Assembly: GCA_010093605.1 (NCBI GenBank)
Contig: MU004182.1
Location: 1,707,032 to 1,771,031, forward strand
Length of the DNA: 64,000 nucleotides
Reading direction: 5' to 3'
DNA from: Lophium mytilinum
Lineage: Eukaryota
Within the stretch, counting starts at the first letter, position 1. Every line of letters begins with the position of its first letter. This document shows positions 22,895-37,200 of the stretch, piece after piece. A model generated the notes under the pieces. The model saw only the letters and a program-made list of their open reading frames with translations, made no database searches and was not told the origin of the DNA. A program made the translations under genes and the position numbers.

Positions 22895-24538
22895 TCAACA
22901 CTTTGGTTTGATCTCTAGCACAAGGTCATCTTCAGGCATTGGTCCCATCAGCCCCAGATTCGGATTCATAACATTGAGTCTCGGGAACGTTTGCTTCCCG
23001 AACTCTGGACTGACCAGTTTCAGCTCATACCTTGTCAACACACTCCCCACAAACGCAAATGCCTCCCTCTTCGCCACGTGTCTGCCTGAGCACATAGAGA
23101 TCCCTCCGCCAAACGGCCTGAAGCTAGTGCTATTGGCTAGCTTCCTGTCCCGCATGAAGCGTTCTGCGTCAAAGGTGGCCGCATTCTCGCCAAAGACCGA
23201 CTCGTCGAGCAGAGTCTGGCGCTGCGGGATGAGCAGCTTGCGTCCAGCACGGAATGTCTTTCCGCGAATAGTCGTGTCGGAGACGACGTGTCGGTACGTT
23301 GATGAGGAAGCGGTGAGGCGGAGGATGTCGTTCCAGATAGAGTCCAGTAGTGGGCATTGGTTCAAGAGGTAGTTGATATCAAGATCAGCATTTTGCGAAG
23401 GAAGCGCCGCAGAGATCTCCGTGATAACTGCCGCCTTCAACTTCTCCGAGTGCATGATGTGCGCTAGCATCCAAAACGCTATCTTGAAGGAATTTGCGTT
23501 CGTGCTAAACCGTTCTCGTCAGTGTCCTGTAACTCGCTAACACAGGCGAAATAGGAGAACTTACACCCAATACTGCTGCATCGTCCGAATAGCACGATCC
23601 CTTACCCCCATCCCCAGCTCCTCCTCCAACCTATCAGTCTCCCGAAACCACCACGCCTTCTCCGTCTTCTTATCCGACAACTCCACATACCTCATAAAGA
23701 CCCGAATCAGCTCCTCCTTCAGCCGATACGTCTCCTTCGCAAACACCTCCGGGTAGTTATAAATCACCATCCACGACTTATCATCGAACCTCAAAAACGT
23801 GTCCGTCAGCTGGGGTTCCATCTCCAACAAACAATGCCCAAACAACGCGTGCGTCGTCGCCCGGATCAACGACTGCGCCGCCCAGTTCTTCACTGACACC
23901 ATACGCGCCCCTCCTCCGGCCGATCTGAGCACATACGCCCCCTCTGGCGTCCCACCCCGCATCTCGACCTCAAACAACCGCATGAAATCCCGCGATAACA
24001 AATCCATTTGCGGCCCAGGGAGCAGCTGCGCATGCCGTATGCGCTCAGACATATCATTATAATCCCTCAGCCCCCCCTTCCCCCCCTTCGCAGCATCCAC
24101 AAAAGCCAGCCGCGTCATCTGCTCCGTCCCCGCGTCCGAGACGCCGAAAGAGCGGTTGATGTTCACCTGGTCTGTAGACAGCGTCGTAGTCTCCTTGAAA
24201 ACGCCAGAGACGTCCCGCGGCGACGTGAGGATGTAGATGGTCTCGCCGAACACCGTGATCGCAAACGGCTCGCGGGAGTTGGCGAAGTGGAGGCGGCCCG
24301 CTGTGAAGAGCGCTTGGCTGTCGCGCAGGAAGCGGAGCCCGTGGCCGATTAGGGGGAGCCAGTAGGGGAGGGGCCGGGGTTCGCTTGGGTGGAGTAGGGG
24401 GCGGAGGGTGAAGGTCCACAGGCGCCATGTTAGAAGGCTTGATAGTATTGCTATGCTGGCTATTATGGAGTTGAAGAGAGTGTGGCCGCAGGTGGTGGCG
24501 GCGTCGGTGTATGACTGGTGGATGGTAATGAGGATCAT
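22895..24538 (-). CDS. Cytochrome P450, CYP7/prostacyclin-synthase-like group, 2 exons
   Basis: N-terminal TM helix plus PRPLPYWLPLIGHGLRF. Intron 23505-23564. I-helix TNANS, FDAERF, heme motif FGGGISMCSGR. Confidence 0.9.
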
Positions 24539-25824
24539 TTATACGGTTGCGCAGTTGCTAGCGCGCGACACAGAAGAGCTGTGTAGGATGAATAGATAAT
24601 AGGAATTTTGCGACATTAGTATACTTGCAGCGTGTACCTTCCAACACTTATGTTGAGTTCAAGAGTAATATCATTATGCAAGGTTAGTAGAGGGTGTGTA
24701 GGTGAGCATTTGGCTTGTCACACCATACGGTCAGACAAGTATGACAGTATCTGAATTCGGTCGAACCCCCACCACGTCTGAAATCCGGGGTAATGTGGGG
24801 AAGATACGAGAGTGGGGCCATACTATAATACTAGGACACAAGCTTGGGCAGGCTGCCTTTTCATCTTGTCCTAACATATAATGAGGTGCTAAGGCCCCAC
24901 AAACTGCGGCAAGTACGCCAAGTTTTAGCATGTAAAACTTCCCCAATCCATGCTCTCAGGAACTCCGCGTCTCTCCAGTATGGTAGAATGCCACGAAGCA
25001 CGCCCAACGGTATCGAGGAAGTCTGTCCAGACGTTCAGCAACGCACTGCAGCGTTTCGGAACTATCACAACAGCTGAGATCGGGTGTTGCGTCAGACGAC
25101 GAATCCCTCAATACGAATCAAAGATGAGCGTAACACCCCTGCCGTGTTCGAGTAAATAAGCACGCAATGTCACGCTCATAAAACAATAAATCAGACTGGT
25201 TGGAATTAGATATGTTTTCCATGCGTTCTAACAGCGTCAGAGGTGCCCCATACTTGTACTTAGTATTTAGGCGCCATGTGACGTTTGCGGAACGCTGAAT
25301 TGGAGAGGGATAAATGGGATAGGCTGAGATCACTGCGCCTCCAGTAGGTCCTGATACGCAGTGGCGTCTCGTGATTTTGCTTGGAGGGGTGGGCGTGTTG
25401 GTGTTTTTGGGCACCCTTAGAGTAAACGAAACTGAGATTTGACCTTTCAGAAGCTTTTAAATGGACAGGCTGAAGTCAGGGTTCCTGTTCACTCGACTAA
25501 TGCCGTCGACTGTGCCCAATTTAAATTATTGAGAGTAAAATGTGCTATAAAGTCTACGGAGCTGCAGACTAAATATAAAGAGTTGGTAAGAACTTAGGCA
25601 CAGGATAGGGGCACTAGGTGTTGTCATCTAACGAAAGGAGTTTCAAAATTGTAGGTATATAAATTGGAGCCCCCAAAGGTACGAAATTTCAGGTCAATAG
25701 AATCATGATATCCACCCCTACCCACTTCGTTCCGAACGACAAAGTAACGTTCATACCTAAGCCTATACAATCAGCTCACTCATTTCCGACCTCTAATTCT
25801 TCAATCCATTGTCGCTTTCCACGG

Positions 25825-28295
25825 TCATCGATAGTGCCACCCTGACTCGAACTGATTCCCATAGTAATCCACAGGCTCAGTCGATATGGGCTGCCGAACA
25901 ACGGTAATTTCGCCCGGCCAATACCCTTCGACAGCAGGTTCGACGTCTCCCCGGCTAACTGCAGCTTGAAACGCAGCCTTGCGATCCTTACGGAACTTGG
26001 ACAACTCGGCAATAACATCGATCGACGGTGCAACCTGATTGTGTTGCGATTGATGCTGGCTAGCAGCGACGGGAGGCGGCGCAAGCATCAAGCCGCTCAT
26101 AGCAGCAAGTGGCAAATGACGGCCAGGCTCCTGGTTCGGCAAGCCGCACTCTTCATCACCGAAAAAAGAGAAGTCGTGCGTAGCGGCGTCCCAAAATTTC
26201 TCGGAGTCCGTGTCTTCGGTGGAGGACTTGGTAGGGTACTGACGCCAACTTGTGGATATTTTCTTCAGAGGTGCGGGCGGCGGGGCCATTTCGAGCACGA
26301 TCCGTTGGAGAGAAAAGAGGCTGCGGGCGTACTCGCGCTCTGCTACCGCTCGACTGCGTCCTGGTGGTAGGGCGTATGTGTGTTGGGCTCGGAGCTTGGC
26401 CATTTCGGTTTCTTCGGCGCAGTCTTGGATGAACTGGATTAGTCGGTGGACGACTTCGGGGCGGCTGGTCTTCAAGGGTACGTCGGTCAGCGCTAGCGTG
26501 TGAAGTTTTGGGAGCATCCCCGGATGTAGAGAGTTTTCTCGGGATTGCCGTAACTCGAGTCGGGCACGGCGGTCTTCGATGTAATATATCGAGTTTCTGC
26601 CTGACCTTATGCTGCTTGGTCGCTCGTCGAGGCTATTCAAGGAAGGACTCCTTGGTCTTCCCTCAAACACGGGGGAAACTGGCGAAAGCCCACCGGTAGC
26701 ATCAGGGAATGTCCCAATTGGGGATAGCACATTGTCTAAGGACACTGGCTCAGGAGCAAAAGCACTGCCTCTTCGGACGTCAAGAACCTGGTCTATGGTG
26801 ACTTCAAAGGTTGGAGCACGCTTGAGTCCAGGCGGATTCTCGTCTTCGGGGCCAACCTTGTCCGGCTTTGGAATAGTACCGCTCAGCTCGGAGGGTTGGG
26901 TGTAGTCCCCAGGGAGCTCGAGTACTGCCGGTTCAAGTGCGTCAAGCTCTGGTGGACGAGGTTGAACGGCTTCGAGTTCGTGAGCGTTAGTCGGAGCATA
27001 TGCTCCTAAGTCTCCTTCCATCTCCGCTCGATGTGGAGAGTTGGGCGTGAGAGTAGACTCCTTTGTAATTACGGCGTGGTTGATTCGAAGATGTTTCATG
27101 CCAGCTGAACCAGATTCTGCTAGAACTTGAGTAAGCTTTTCAGCACCAGGAAGCGAAAATGCCTCGTCACTCTCCCCCATGGACATGGATCGAGGCCTCC
27201 GCAGGGCTCGAGATAATGTTCCGACATCAAGAAAACTTAATCTCTTAGACCGTATTAAGCCTGAAACCCCTTCTACTGTCATGTCATTGTTGGATATGTG
27301 AAGGTGTGTTATGCCGACGTCGTCAGTATCTTCAATGGCAAGGCGGGCAACGAATCCTTGAGTTAACTTGATTCGCAAGTAACGATCAAGGTCTTCAACT
27401 CCATTGTCCATGTCTGCTTCAGGGAATGTGTTATATCGTGAATCGTGCTGTTGGTTCCGTTGTGACTGACGTCTCGCTTCTTCATCTTTCAAGCAGTGGT
27501 CTAGGAGCATCCGAGCGCTAGCATCCGTCAAGTTGTTGTCGCGTAGGTCTAAACTGGTTACCTTCGTTCCAATCGACTGGGCAACCATCTCGAAGTCGCT
27601 GTCTTTCAGGCCGAGGCCCCTGAGCTTTAGAACACGGAGACCGGATATAAATCCGAGCTTGCTAAATACAACGATGTCCCGTGCCGCAATCGTCCTCGAT
27701 AAATCAAGAGAGATCAATACGGGGAAATGAATCAGTGCTTCGGCCAGGCCAGTCGATGTCGAGTTTGAGCAGTTGGAAGCATCCAGCAAACGCAACCCAT
27801 AGACCGGGAATCCTCCAGGCTGCGATGCATAGCTAGAGCTATACCGCAGCGTGAGCAAAGATGAATGGTCGAAGAACGGCAATCCGTCTACAATGAGCGA
27901 TTGAAGGCGAGGTAAGCGCTCGAGAATATCTCTCAGCCAGTCGGAGTGCGGTCCGCCGTATATCTCGGCGTGCGCTGGAGGGAGGTGAAGCGTGTGAGTC
28001 AATTCCCGTACACAGAGACGTGCCCACGAGAGAGTTCGTTTGAAACGAGTCAAGGCGACTGTAGGACGTAAGCTATGGGCTTGATGAGAGGTGCTGGATA
28101 CATACCATACACAGTGTCATTTTGTGCTCCGAAATGAGAGGCTGGATTACCCCAGAGATGTGGGGCAAAGATCTCATGCCATCTCTCGCAAACAAGCGCT
28201 GCCGAACATAGATCGCGCGAAGGAATATAGCGAGCTATGATTTTCCAATGGTCTTTGGTGATGGCCGTCTCGTAAGACGGAGGAGCGTCGTCCAT
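25825..28295 (-). CDS. F-box and leucine-rich-repeat protein, 2 exons
   Basis: F-box-like IARYIPSRDLCSAALVCERWHEIF. LRRs: LISLDLS, LRVLKLRGLGL, VTSLDLRDNNLTD, ITHLHISNNDMT. Confidence 0.85.
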
Positions 28296-29263
28296 GTTAT
28301 GTTGGGTGGAACGCAATAGTTGAGGTTGCTACCTCAGCGACATCAAGAACGCAGAGCCTACAACGAGGATCACCATCAAGGCTCATTTCAAGGCACATTC
28401 TTGACGCAATGGAAGATCCAAGAGTATGAGTTGGGTGGGGCGCAGTCGCATTTACCCTTGCACGTATAGCAGATGACTGCTGTACCTAAGGCGACTTAAT
28501 GGCGCAGGCAGTCCTGGCAGTGGCAACTTCGGACGAGAGACCGAGGGCCGTGCTGATCACGTGATACGAGCAACGCAGCCTCTGAAGGTCTTCATCTGGG
28601 TTCTCTAGTCTGAAACAAATAGATGCACTTCACTCACATCACTCATCAAAACGACATCAATGAAGAAGGCATCAAACGACGCCGGGTATACCATTCGCTC
28701 CCATGTCTCCTTGGCCCCCCCTCCCATGTCCAACCTAACTCCCCACCCCAAGCTTAATCTCATAAGTTGCTTCCTCAGTTCATACCCGCTACCATAGCGG
28801 CAAAGGTATCTAAAAATACGATCGCGGCCTCCCCCGGCGCATAGATGCAGAACAGTATCCTCCATATACGAAGTTCTATCCCTATACCCAGATCCCAAGA
28901 ATAGAAAATAAGGCGGCGAGTATTTTCTTCCCACCCGCAGACTCGAATCGTACAAGACATCATTCATGCTATCGCTCAGCTCGCTCCAGTGACAAACGAA
29001 ACAACGAAAACTCCACGATCGCTGGTACGGTACATGCGCCCTGTATGCCCGAACTTAGCTTTCATGAAAAAACATAAACTACACCGGAAAGCACACTTCT
29101 TCACGCGGACCAATGATCGATGAGACGAGACCGCCCTCGACCTTTGGACCCGCGATGGGAGGAGTGCAGCGTCCTCAGCCTCCGGATTGTTTTTCGAAGA
29201 GGCGTGAGCGCTAAAGAAGAAGAAAATGGTTTCAAATCAGCCTTAGATGATTATTTATATCTT

Positions 29264-32200
29264 TCATGCAGGAAGGGGTTCAGCGGCTTCAGTCGGGGGT
29301 GGGGGTGTTGCTGAGTCCCCACCATCGCCTTCAAGGGCTGTCATTGTTGTCTTTGGAAGTTCGGCCTCGTCGGCTTCAGCCTTGGCGATCTCAGCCTCGC
29401 GCTCAGCGTAGATCTGGTCTTTGCGGACCTGGGCAGCGTTGAGCGAGTCGATGTAGGTGCGGAATTTGACGATTTCGCGGAGCAGGTAAGAGGACTTGCG
29501 CTCCCAGTTTGCCATGGCTTTGCTGGCGTTGGGGTGGCGTGGGGAGAACTGTGCGTGATCGTCAGCATGTACTTTCTTTTCGAGCAACATATTAAGCTTA
29601 CGGCAATCAACATGGGCGCCCGTAGGTCTTGGTGACGCCCAAGCTCCTCCTCAACGTTCTTCACGTAGGCGGTCAACGCTCTCAGTTGGTCGACTTCCAT
29701 CAAGTTGCTAGGCAACATGCTCTGGGTAGGTGGAGTCCACTCGTTTAGGTTGACTTTATCGCCTGCAAGTCTGGCTTTGACAGTCCCGGTCGAGTGATCG
29801 ATGGAGCTGCGAATCGAGCTTTGCATGCTGGGACGCGGCATCGAGACAGAGGGTGCGCTGTCTTGACGGATGAGAGCGGGATTGATGACATTATCACCCC
29901 ATCCGTACTCAATGTTGCTGACTCCACCCATGAGGGGCTCCTTAGATAGGCGTGCCGACCAGTAGTTCGCTGTCGTGACAAACTCTTTCACGATATCTGG
30001 AGTGCCGACTTGGAAGAGGTGGACTGCCCCGGTGGGTAAAGACAATGCCCACACATGGGGCCGTGATTTGGAGTATCCTGGAGGTGGAAGAGCGCTGGCA
30101 ATTGATTGGCGAAGCAAAAAGCTGTCTAGAGCTTCTGCGTTGTCCATCCAATTACCACCGCCAACTATGCTGCCAGCGGAGGGACGAGCCTTGTTCTTCT
30201 GCCGTACTGACTTCGAGTTCATGCTGAAGGAGAAGAGACGCATGTAGCCTTTCTCGATAACTGCGAAGCTCTCATTCCAGTTCCTATCCTTGGCTTTCTT
30301 GTCGAGGGCCTCAAGGTGGTGCTTGTGTTTCAAGATTCCCTCTTTGGCCCAAGGTGCGCCTACCAGCTCAAGAGTTTCGTCTTCCAGAAGGGGGACCACG
30401 CGGCCGTACTCTTCCGAACTCGCGATGGTCATGCCTTCTTCGCGAATGATGGCTTGACTGAGGGCATTGGCAAACCCAATAGACTGTTGGTAGTCGCCCC
30501 GGGCAAAGTGGGAACCAAGTGACTCCATGGACATAGAGGTCTGAGTCTTGCCAAAGGAGTACTTGCTCCACGTACTCGAGCCAGCAGGACTCCATACTGA
30601 CTGGTCGTCTAGACTCGTTCGGCTCGATCCAATGGTAGAAGTTGGATATAGGCGCGGTCTTGAGCGAGTCTTTGTATTCCACCGAGCAGCTACGCTTCGG
30701 AAATCTGTCTGAGACCGGCCTCGGTAGCTGGTACTGTCCGAAGGGGCTTTGCTCAACACGCTTGGTGTTCTCCGCAACATGGAGCTTACTGACAGGTTGT
30801 TGGTGGAGGGCGGGTCGTGACGCTGGATCGTTGAAGATCCGTGAAGCGGCAGTCGTTGCTGGCGGATTGAGTTGTAAAACTCTTTGAGCACAATCTCGAC
30901 CTGGAATTCCCATCCCTTCGCAGAGCCTTCGAATGGCGACTTGACGAGGACGTTGCAGTTGTCCGCGGGTGCGGCATCGGGCGCCGATAGAAGACCATCA
31001 GAACCAGTACGAGCTGCCGGTCTGATAGATAGGCGGTTACGAGATCGCTTAGTCTCGAGCGAAGTCCGAGCTTCAGTAGCTTCTGGAGGAAAGGTGGGAG
31101 ATTCAGCTGCAGGCGAGCTAGGTTCAGACCACGGGATGGAGCCCCTGGCTTGCGTGCTCTGCGGACGTAGGGTCTCTTCAGCGGGCTCGAGGAGTGCGTC
31201 CGCGCATACACGACGAATAGTCGGGAGGGTATTTCTGACGAATTGGGTTCGAGTCATCCTCGATTCGATGTCAGCAAGATGCAGGTCGGTGTTTAAGAGC
31301 AATACAGAGTAGCAAATGGTATGGACAACGTCTGTAGAAGGTTAGCTAAGCTGCTTGTATTTGATTGGACGTGCTGACTTACCTGTGGCCTTGAAACCGT
31401 GGCTAGGGTTGCACTCGCACCACCGTTCGGTAAACGCCATCAGAATACGGTCGACCTGTTGTGTTTCAGCCTTCAAAACGAGCTTCCCGCACAAGTCTCG
31501 CATGGCAAGCAAGATGTTGAAGCCAGACCAGTCGAACAGGTCCATGTACGCCTTGCGAATGCGTGCACCGCCGGCGGAGACGTCACCCAGGACCGTGGCG
31601 GCCTGTGCTTTGCTCGTGAGCTCCTCGTCTCCGCTGAAAATCTTCAAAGCATTCTCCCTGTCTTCGTCGGTCGGCTCTTCAGACATATCCGATGCCTTGG
31701 GGTCAGCCAGCACTGTGTCGTCTGGAAGGTCATCGCCGTCTACTTGCACGACGGGCAGACTGGTGGCTGATTGGAAGATGTCGCTCGTGGATGTGGGCGT
31801 AGTCTCGGCGGTCGTCGGCGAAGCTTTCTGCGAGGACCGCACGCCCTCGAGAGGAAGCGAAAGACCAGAGTCGGCCAGCCTCTCTTCTGAAGGCGTGGGT
31901 TCGAGCCAGACCCGGTTCGGCTTGCTCACCGCAGTCTGGACGGCCGGCCTCTTGTGGACGCCCCCAGTGACAACCCAGCCTTCGTCTTCGGCATCGCTCG
32001 CTGAGGACGGGCGTCGGTCAGAGGCGTGCGGGCTGAGCAGCTCGGACCGCTTCTCGCCGGTGTTGGCCTTCCGCGGCGGTGCTTCGTTTTCGTTGTTGCG
32101 AACGGGGAACGACGCGCGGAATGAGGGGGAGTTTGGACTCGTCTTGGGCCGTCTCGCGTCGTCGGGCAGGCCAAAGTGGGAGTTGGAGCTGCGGGCGTCG

Positions 32201-34215
32201 TGTTGGCGGTCCTCATTGCCGCTGCTGTCGGCCAAGAAGGAGTCGTCGTGGGGATTGGCGAGGCTCGTCCGGCCGCGCTTCATCTTGAGCTTGAGCTTGG
32301 GGCTGTGTGTTGCAGCGGCATGCGAGCTCTTAACCGCCTCGCCACGAGATGACGGGGCGCTGTTCTCAGTGCCACGCGAACCCGGCTTGACGGGACGCAC
32401 CGTTGCATCCTTGTGTGGAGTGTATCCGGGCGAGAAGCCGCCCATCTCGTCTGCGTTCTCGTCCTCTCCGCCTGGCTGGTGCTCCCGAGACTCAAAGTAC
32501 GTCTCGTGTGGGCTCGTGACGTCACTCAGATAGGGGTTCATCACCTTGCGCAAACTACTAATTGACGGGCTGGGCAGGGCGGGCGCGAGATCAGTCCGAG
32601 TCGGCGCCAGCTGCATCGGCATGGCGGGCGGCTGCGACGCCTCCGACACCGACTTCTTTCGCCGCCGGAAGAAAGACGAGGGCTTCTTGTTCAAGATCGC
32701 AGGCGGAGGCGGTTGGTGCTGCGGCTGCGGTTTGCGGACAGGGGCAGGGACGGGCTGGGAGACGGGCTTGGGCTGTGGTTTGAGCTGGGAAGCAATGTGA
32801 TTATGGGCAGTGCCTTGGGTGGTCTTGGGGCGGCTGGGGGAGTCGTAGGAGTCGGTGTTTTGGGCGGGAGACGCATCTTGGCTTTGGCCAGAGGGGGACG
32901 CATGATTAGCTTTGGACGAGCCAAAGACGCGGCGGAAGAAGCCCTGCTTTTCCTTTGGCGCGTTTGCCAGTGGTGTCGTCGGTGCAGCAGGAGAGGCGGT
33001 CGAGGGCTTGCGGATAGCTACATTTGGGCTGGGGGCAGGTGGGTCTACAAACGCCGGAATCGGGGGGAGGTCGCGGAAGTGGCTCGCATTGACAAAGTCG
33101 CTGGCCTGAGCCCGCATGCTGGCCATGGATTCCTGCGACTGCATCTGCGATTGCGCCTGGCTCCTACCCTTTCGCAATGTCTTCCCGCTGGACGACCGGA
33201 TGCTGTTCTTGCGCGACACTGGTGCCTGCGGGGGCGCGTACGTTGGCTGTGGTGGATACGACGGGGACGTGATTGGGGACTCTGGCACCCGTCGTGGTCC
33301 TACCGGTACTGTGGGCTCTGGCGCCGCGTCGTAGTTGTTGTATGCCCCTGGCGGCTGAGGCCGTCCGCGATCTAACATGCCGCTCGATGTCTGTTTTATT
33401 GGTGATGGCCGCGCCCGATCGCCATAACTATGATCAAAACTCGCAGATCGGTTTCCAAGTCCTAATCGATGTGTGCCCATGGCCTGGGTGTATCCAAAAT
33501 CCATGCTGGAAGAGCCGCTGCCCTTGCTGCCTTTCTTTCCGCCGCTCCTAGTATGCGCCGACGCGGGCGGATCAAATATGCTTCTAGATTGCGTTTCACT
33601 GCTAGTCTTGGAGGAGCCGAATGGGCCTCGTAGACTTTCTTTCCTCGCGAGTCCAGCTTGAAAGTTGGAGCTGCTGTTGCTTCTCCGTCCCCGTGAATGG
33701 TGGCTCGAGTATCGGCTCGCGGTATCGTCGATGTGCACGTCATATTCCGACGAATATGAAGAGGTGTAAGTATGGCCGCGGTGTCGAGATGCTTTCGGGG
33801 GAGCATACGGAGCATTGCTGGCGAAGAAGTCGTCGTCGAATTTCGAGTAGAGCGCGTTGATCGGGAACGATGGCGCGCCCATGCCCATTGGCATCGAATC
33901 CAGCGACATGAGCATGTTGTCCACCACCGAGTCTCTTGTGCCATCGCCGAACGACAGGTCGTGGGAGTCCCTTGACCGGGAGCGGTCGAAGTCTCCATCT
34001 TCTACTCTCAAATTGTCCACGGGGGTCGAGTCGTCAAAGAAGGTCTGGTTGTTCCGGGCCGGCCGAGTGTTGAGCGCGCGCATTGGGGCCTTGCCCTTTG
34101 CCTGTCTCGAGGTCCTGGGTGTCCGTGGAGGAGAGTCCTCACGCCGGCGGCCGCGCGAGGTGCCATCTTCTAGCATTGTGTGGTGCGGCTCAGATGTCGG
34201 TAGTGTCGCGTCCAT
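29264..34215 (-). CDS. Sec7-domain ARF guanine-nucleotide exchange factor with PH domain (Syt1/EFA6-like), 3 exons
   Basis: Sec7 motif LVLKAETQQVDRILMAFTERW...LLLNTDLH. PH domain KEGILKHKHH..RNW..RPHVWALSLP..TANYWSARLS. Introns near 31333-31382 and 29550-29601. Start codon uncertain. Confidence 0.9.
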
Positions 34216-37200
34216 GGTATGGCATGGCGCAAACAGAGAATACGAAGTCTCGGGTTCTGGGAGGGGGTGCACGGAAATGTGCAGATGTGAGGCTCGCCGA
34301 GTCGGGCACAGTGGAGGTCGCGGTCAGGGGGTGAGGAGCGCGTTGGATCTTTCCGGCACAATTTGAGGGTTGCTCTGGGCGTATACCCGGAGAGAACAGT
34401 GCCGCAACCAAGTGCACGGAATATGTATGTATGGCAGGGCAATGTGCGGTATTGCATAGAAGAATATACGGGCGAGAATGTGCAGTCTTCAGCGACAGCA
34501 AAGAGCGTGGACATACCCCTGTCTCTTTACATGCCCAGACCTGGGTCGCAAAAAGTGGCAGTTCCCCATGGACGACACCATGACCTTGCAAGAAGTCTTG
34601 AAAGTCTAAAAGCAGGAGCTGAAGAGCCGCGGTGCGCCTTCATAAGCTTTTCCGACACTCCTTGGGATCTTCTGCTACATTTCGAAGAGTCTGGGCACAA
34701 TTGAAAGCGACAGCGCTGAGGAACTCGGTGGGCCAGCACACAACAGCTTTCAGTGACTACCACTTTTCGGCGATGCAGTGCATCTGGATTTGGCCGGCAA
34801 ACCAGGGCCTGCATTCGCTGAAACGAATCGCCCCTGAATAGTGCTCCCGAACACGCAGACTCGGGGTCAGAAAAAGTGGCAGTCGTACACTATGCCAGTT
34901 TCTGTGACGCGCTACGAAATATTGAATTTCATAGCCAGCTTGACCCCTCTCCAATCACATCGGACCGTACCTCATCACGCCTCATCGCGGGTGCCGAACC
35001 CTGCCTGAACGCGAGGGGCGCAGAAAAGCAAACACCGCCAGCTGCCTGCCTCTCACCTCGCCAGAAGCAAAAGGGAAGCCGTGTTGTGCGGCTAGGGCAG
35101 CGCTTGCGGGGATCGCTTCCTGGGTGCTGCTGTGAGCAATGCTGTGCCAGGTGCCGTTGTGCACTCTTGGCCTGCAGGCTCCAGCATCGTGAAACCACCA
35201 GCGAGGTGGAAAAACTGCGTCGTCCGGGGGCTTGGGTTACGCTGTTTTTAGGCCGGAGAACACCCTCGGTCTTGCGGTGGAGGGGTGCTCGCCCGCACTT
35301 TGCAAACCCACGCGCTGTCACCTGTTCTGGAACCGTTTCGCCTTTGTCAGACTCTCCAGCTTTCTCGCAGGGACATCCCCGCGCCCTTGTTCGCCGTTCA
35401 AGCCTCTCTTCCATGCATCCCAAGTGCGCCTGGACCCCATCTTCTCCACACCTGCCTACCTAGTCCCCTAGTGTGTGCCCTAGCAAACTGACAACTGACA
35501 GCTGCCGGTATCTCCAACAAGGATGACTGCATTGCGGCCTCGAACCACCGGAGTGGCCTCAGAGGCGACGGTGTACAGCTCTCCAGAGCAAACCCCTGGC
35601 ACGAGACGCCGCATCCTCGTATTGCTAGGCTAAACACCTCCATCCTTGAGACGAAGAAGACTCAATTTGCAGTGATTGGTTATCTATATGCCGGCAGCTC
35701 GACATCAATCACCCGGATGTGCTTCCCAAGCATTCTCAAGAGGATCATCACTAGGAACAGCACCAACCACTCGTCTCCCAGAAGCTTATTATCCTCATAG
35801 CAAAATCCAGGATCAACCTCGCATCTAGAGTATTCTATGTAATGCAGACATCGATCACTGGAACGTACCGTCAATGACCGATGATCCCTGACCTGCATGG
35901 CATTTGAAGCGACGCGATTGCCGCTAGACACTGCGACTTCGACTCACCATTGCTGGGCCAAGACTCCTCTGACTCGAAGGGGTTGAAGATATGGACAGAG
36001 ACCGACATTGGGAGCCGCGACTCCCTACAATACTATGTTACCAGGAAAGACCTGTTTGTCAATCGGTTTCGAGGCATGCATTACTCCTTCAGCCCTCGAG
36101 AAAGGTCGACATTACAAAGCGCCTTATAAGACCGTTCTGCTCTAGACAGCCGGTTGTCTCCGCGTTTTACTTGGCCGTCAGCACTTGACTCGATACCTTT
36201 TCATGGATCCGAAACCTTTTCACCCATGCTTTATTATAGGCGGTGCAATTTATAACCGGTCTCCAGAAACCTGAACGTGGCTTCTGCTAACAATGGGATG
36301 GCACTCTTCACGATAAAGCAACTGACTTGACCCTCTACAAGGTAATAGCGCCTGCAACAAAAACAGGCCGAACCGAACTGCATTGCGCGCAAGTTGCTTC
36401 CGGTGGTCCAGCGGCCGGGGCTGAACATTTAAATATGGCTTGAGCGACCGGGAGGTGTCCTGCTCCAGTGCCCTGCAAGTTAACAGTATCCTAGTACGCG
36501 AATGACTGATGTGCACGAATTGTACTGTACTAGGACGATTTGGTAAAGCCTATAGCCTTTACTGCTCTCTTCGACATCCATGCTTCTCATGTCTGAGGAT
36601 CAATAAGCGGAAGTATCCCACTTCCCCGACGGTGCTGACCCAACGGGACAGGAAAAGCTGATGACTGGATAGCTGGCAAGGCAGAAGACCGTTGACGGAG
36701 AGGAAGACTAATGATGGTAGAATGACTAAGGGTTGCTTTTGCAGGCAAAGGGAAGTACCACTGGCTAAGGATTGAAGGAGTGCCAAATGATGCAGACGAA
36801 CGAGCGAATGGTGATGGCTAAACGCCCTAGAACTACCTTCCAACCATGTAGCCCTACATGGGCTTTGGAAATATAAAGATCCAAATGCTAAATTCCAAGA
36901 CTCTCTTTCTGTTCTATAAAATCCGCGCTTTAGGCATCCTATCTACCTCCCCATGTTCACTAATAACCCATGCTCGTCTCATATGTACGCTTACCTGTAA
37001 CTCTTTGGGGTGTCTCAATAGACTATCATACAGCGCAAGGTGAAGAGCTCCCATTGCGCTCAAAAATTAGGAGAATGCATTGGAGCACCCCACGCAGTGG
37101 CATACACACATTACTTTAAACTCACCCGACGTTTTGCGCGATATATGATTTTAGTCCACTGACTCCTAACTTGAAATTCTGATCCACGTCTAGCACGTCA

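Noticed and set aside
5219..24538. Bona fide triterpene biosynthetic gene cluster
   Set aside because: ERG9 looks like the housekeeping copy next to eIF4E, and no cyclase or transferase is present. Kept only as a weak accessory-block observation.
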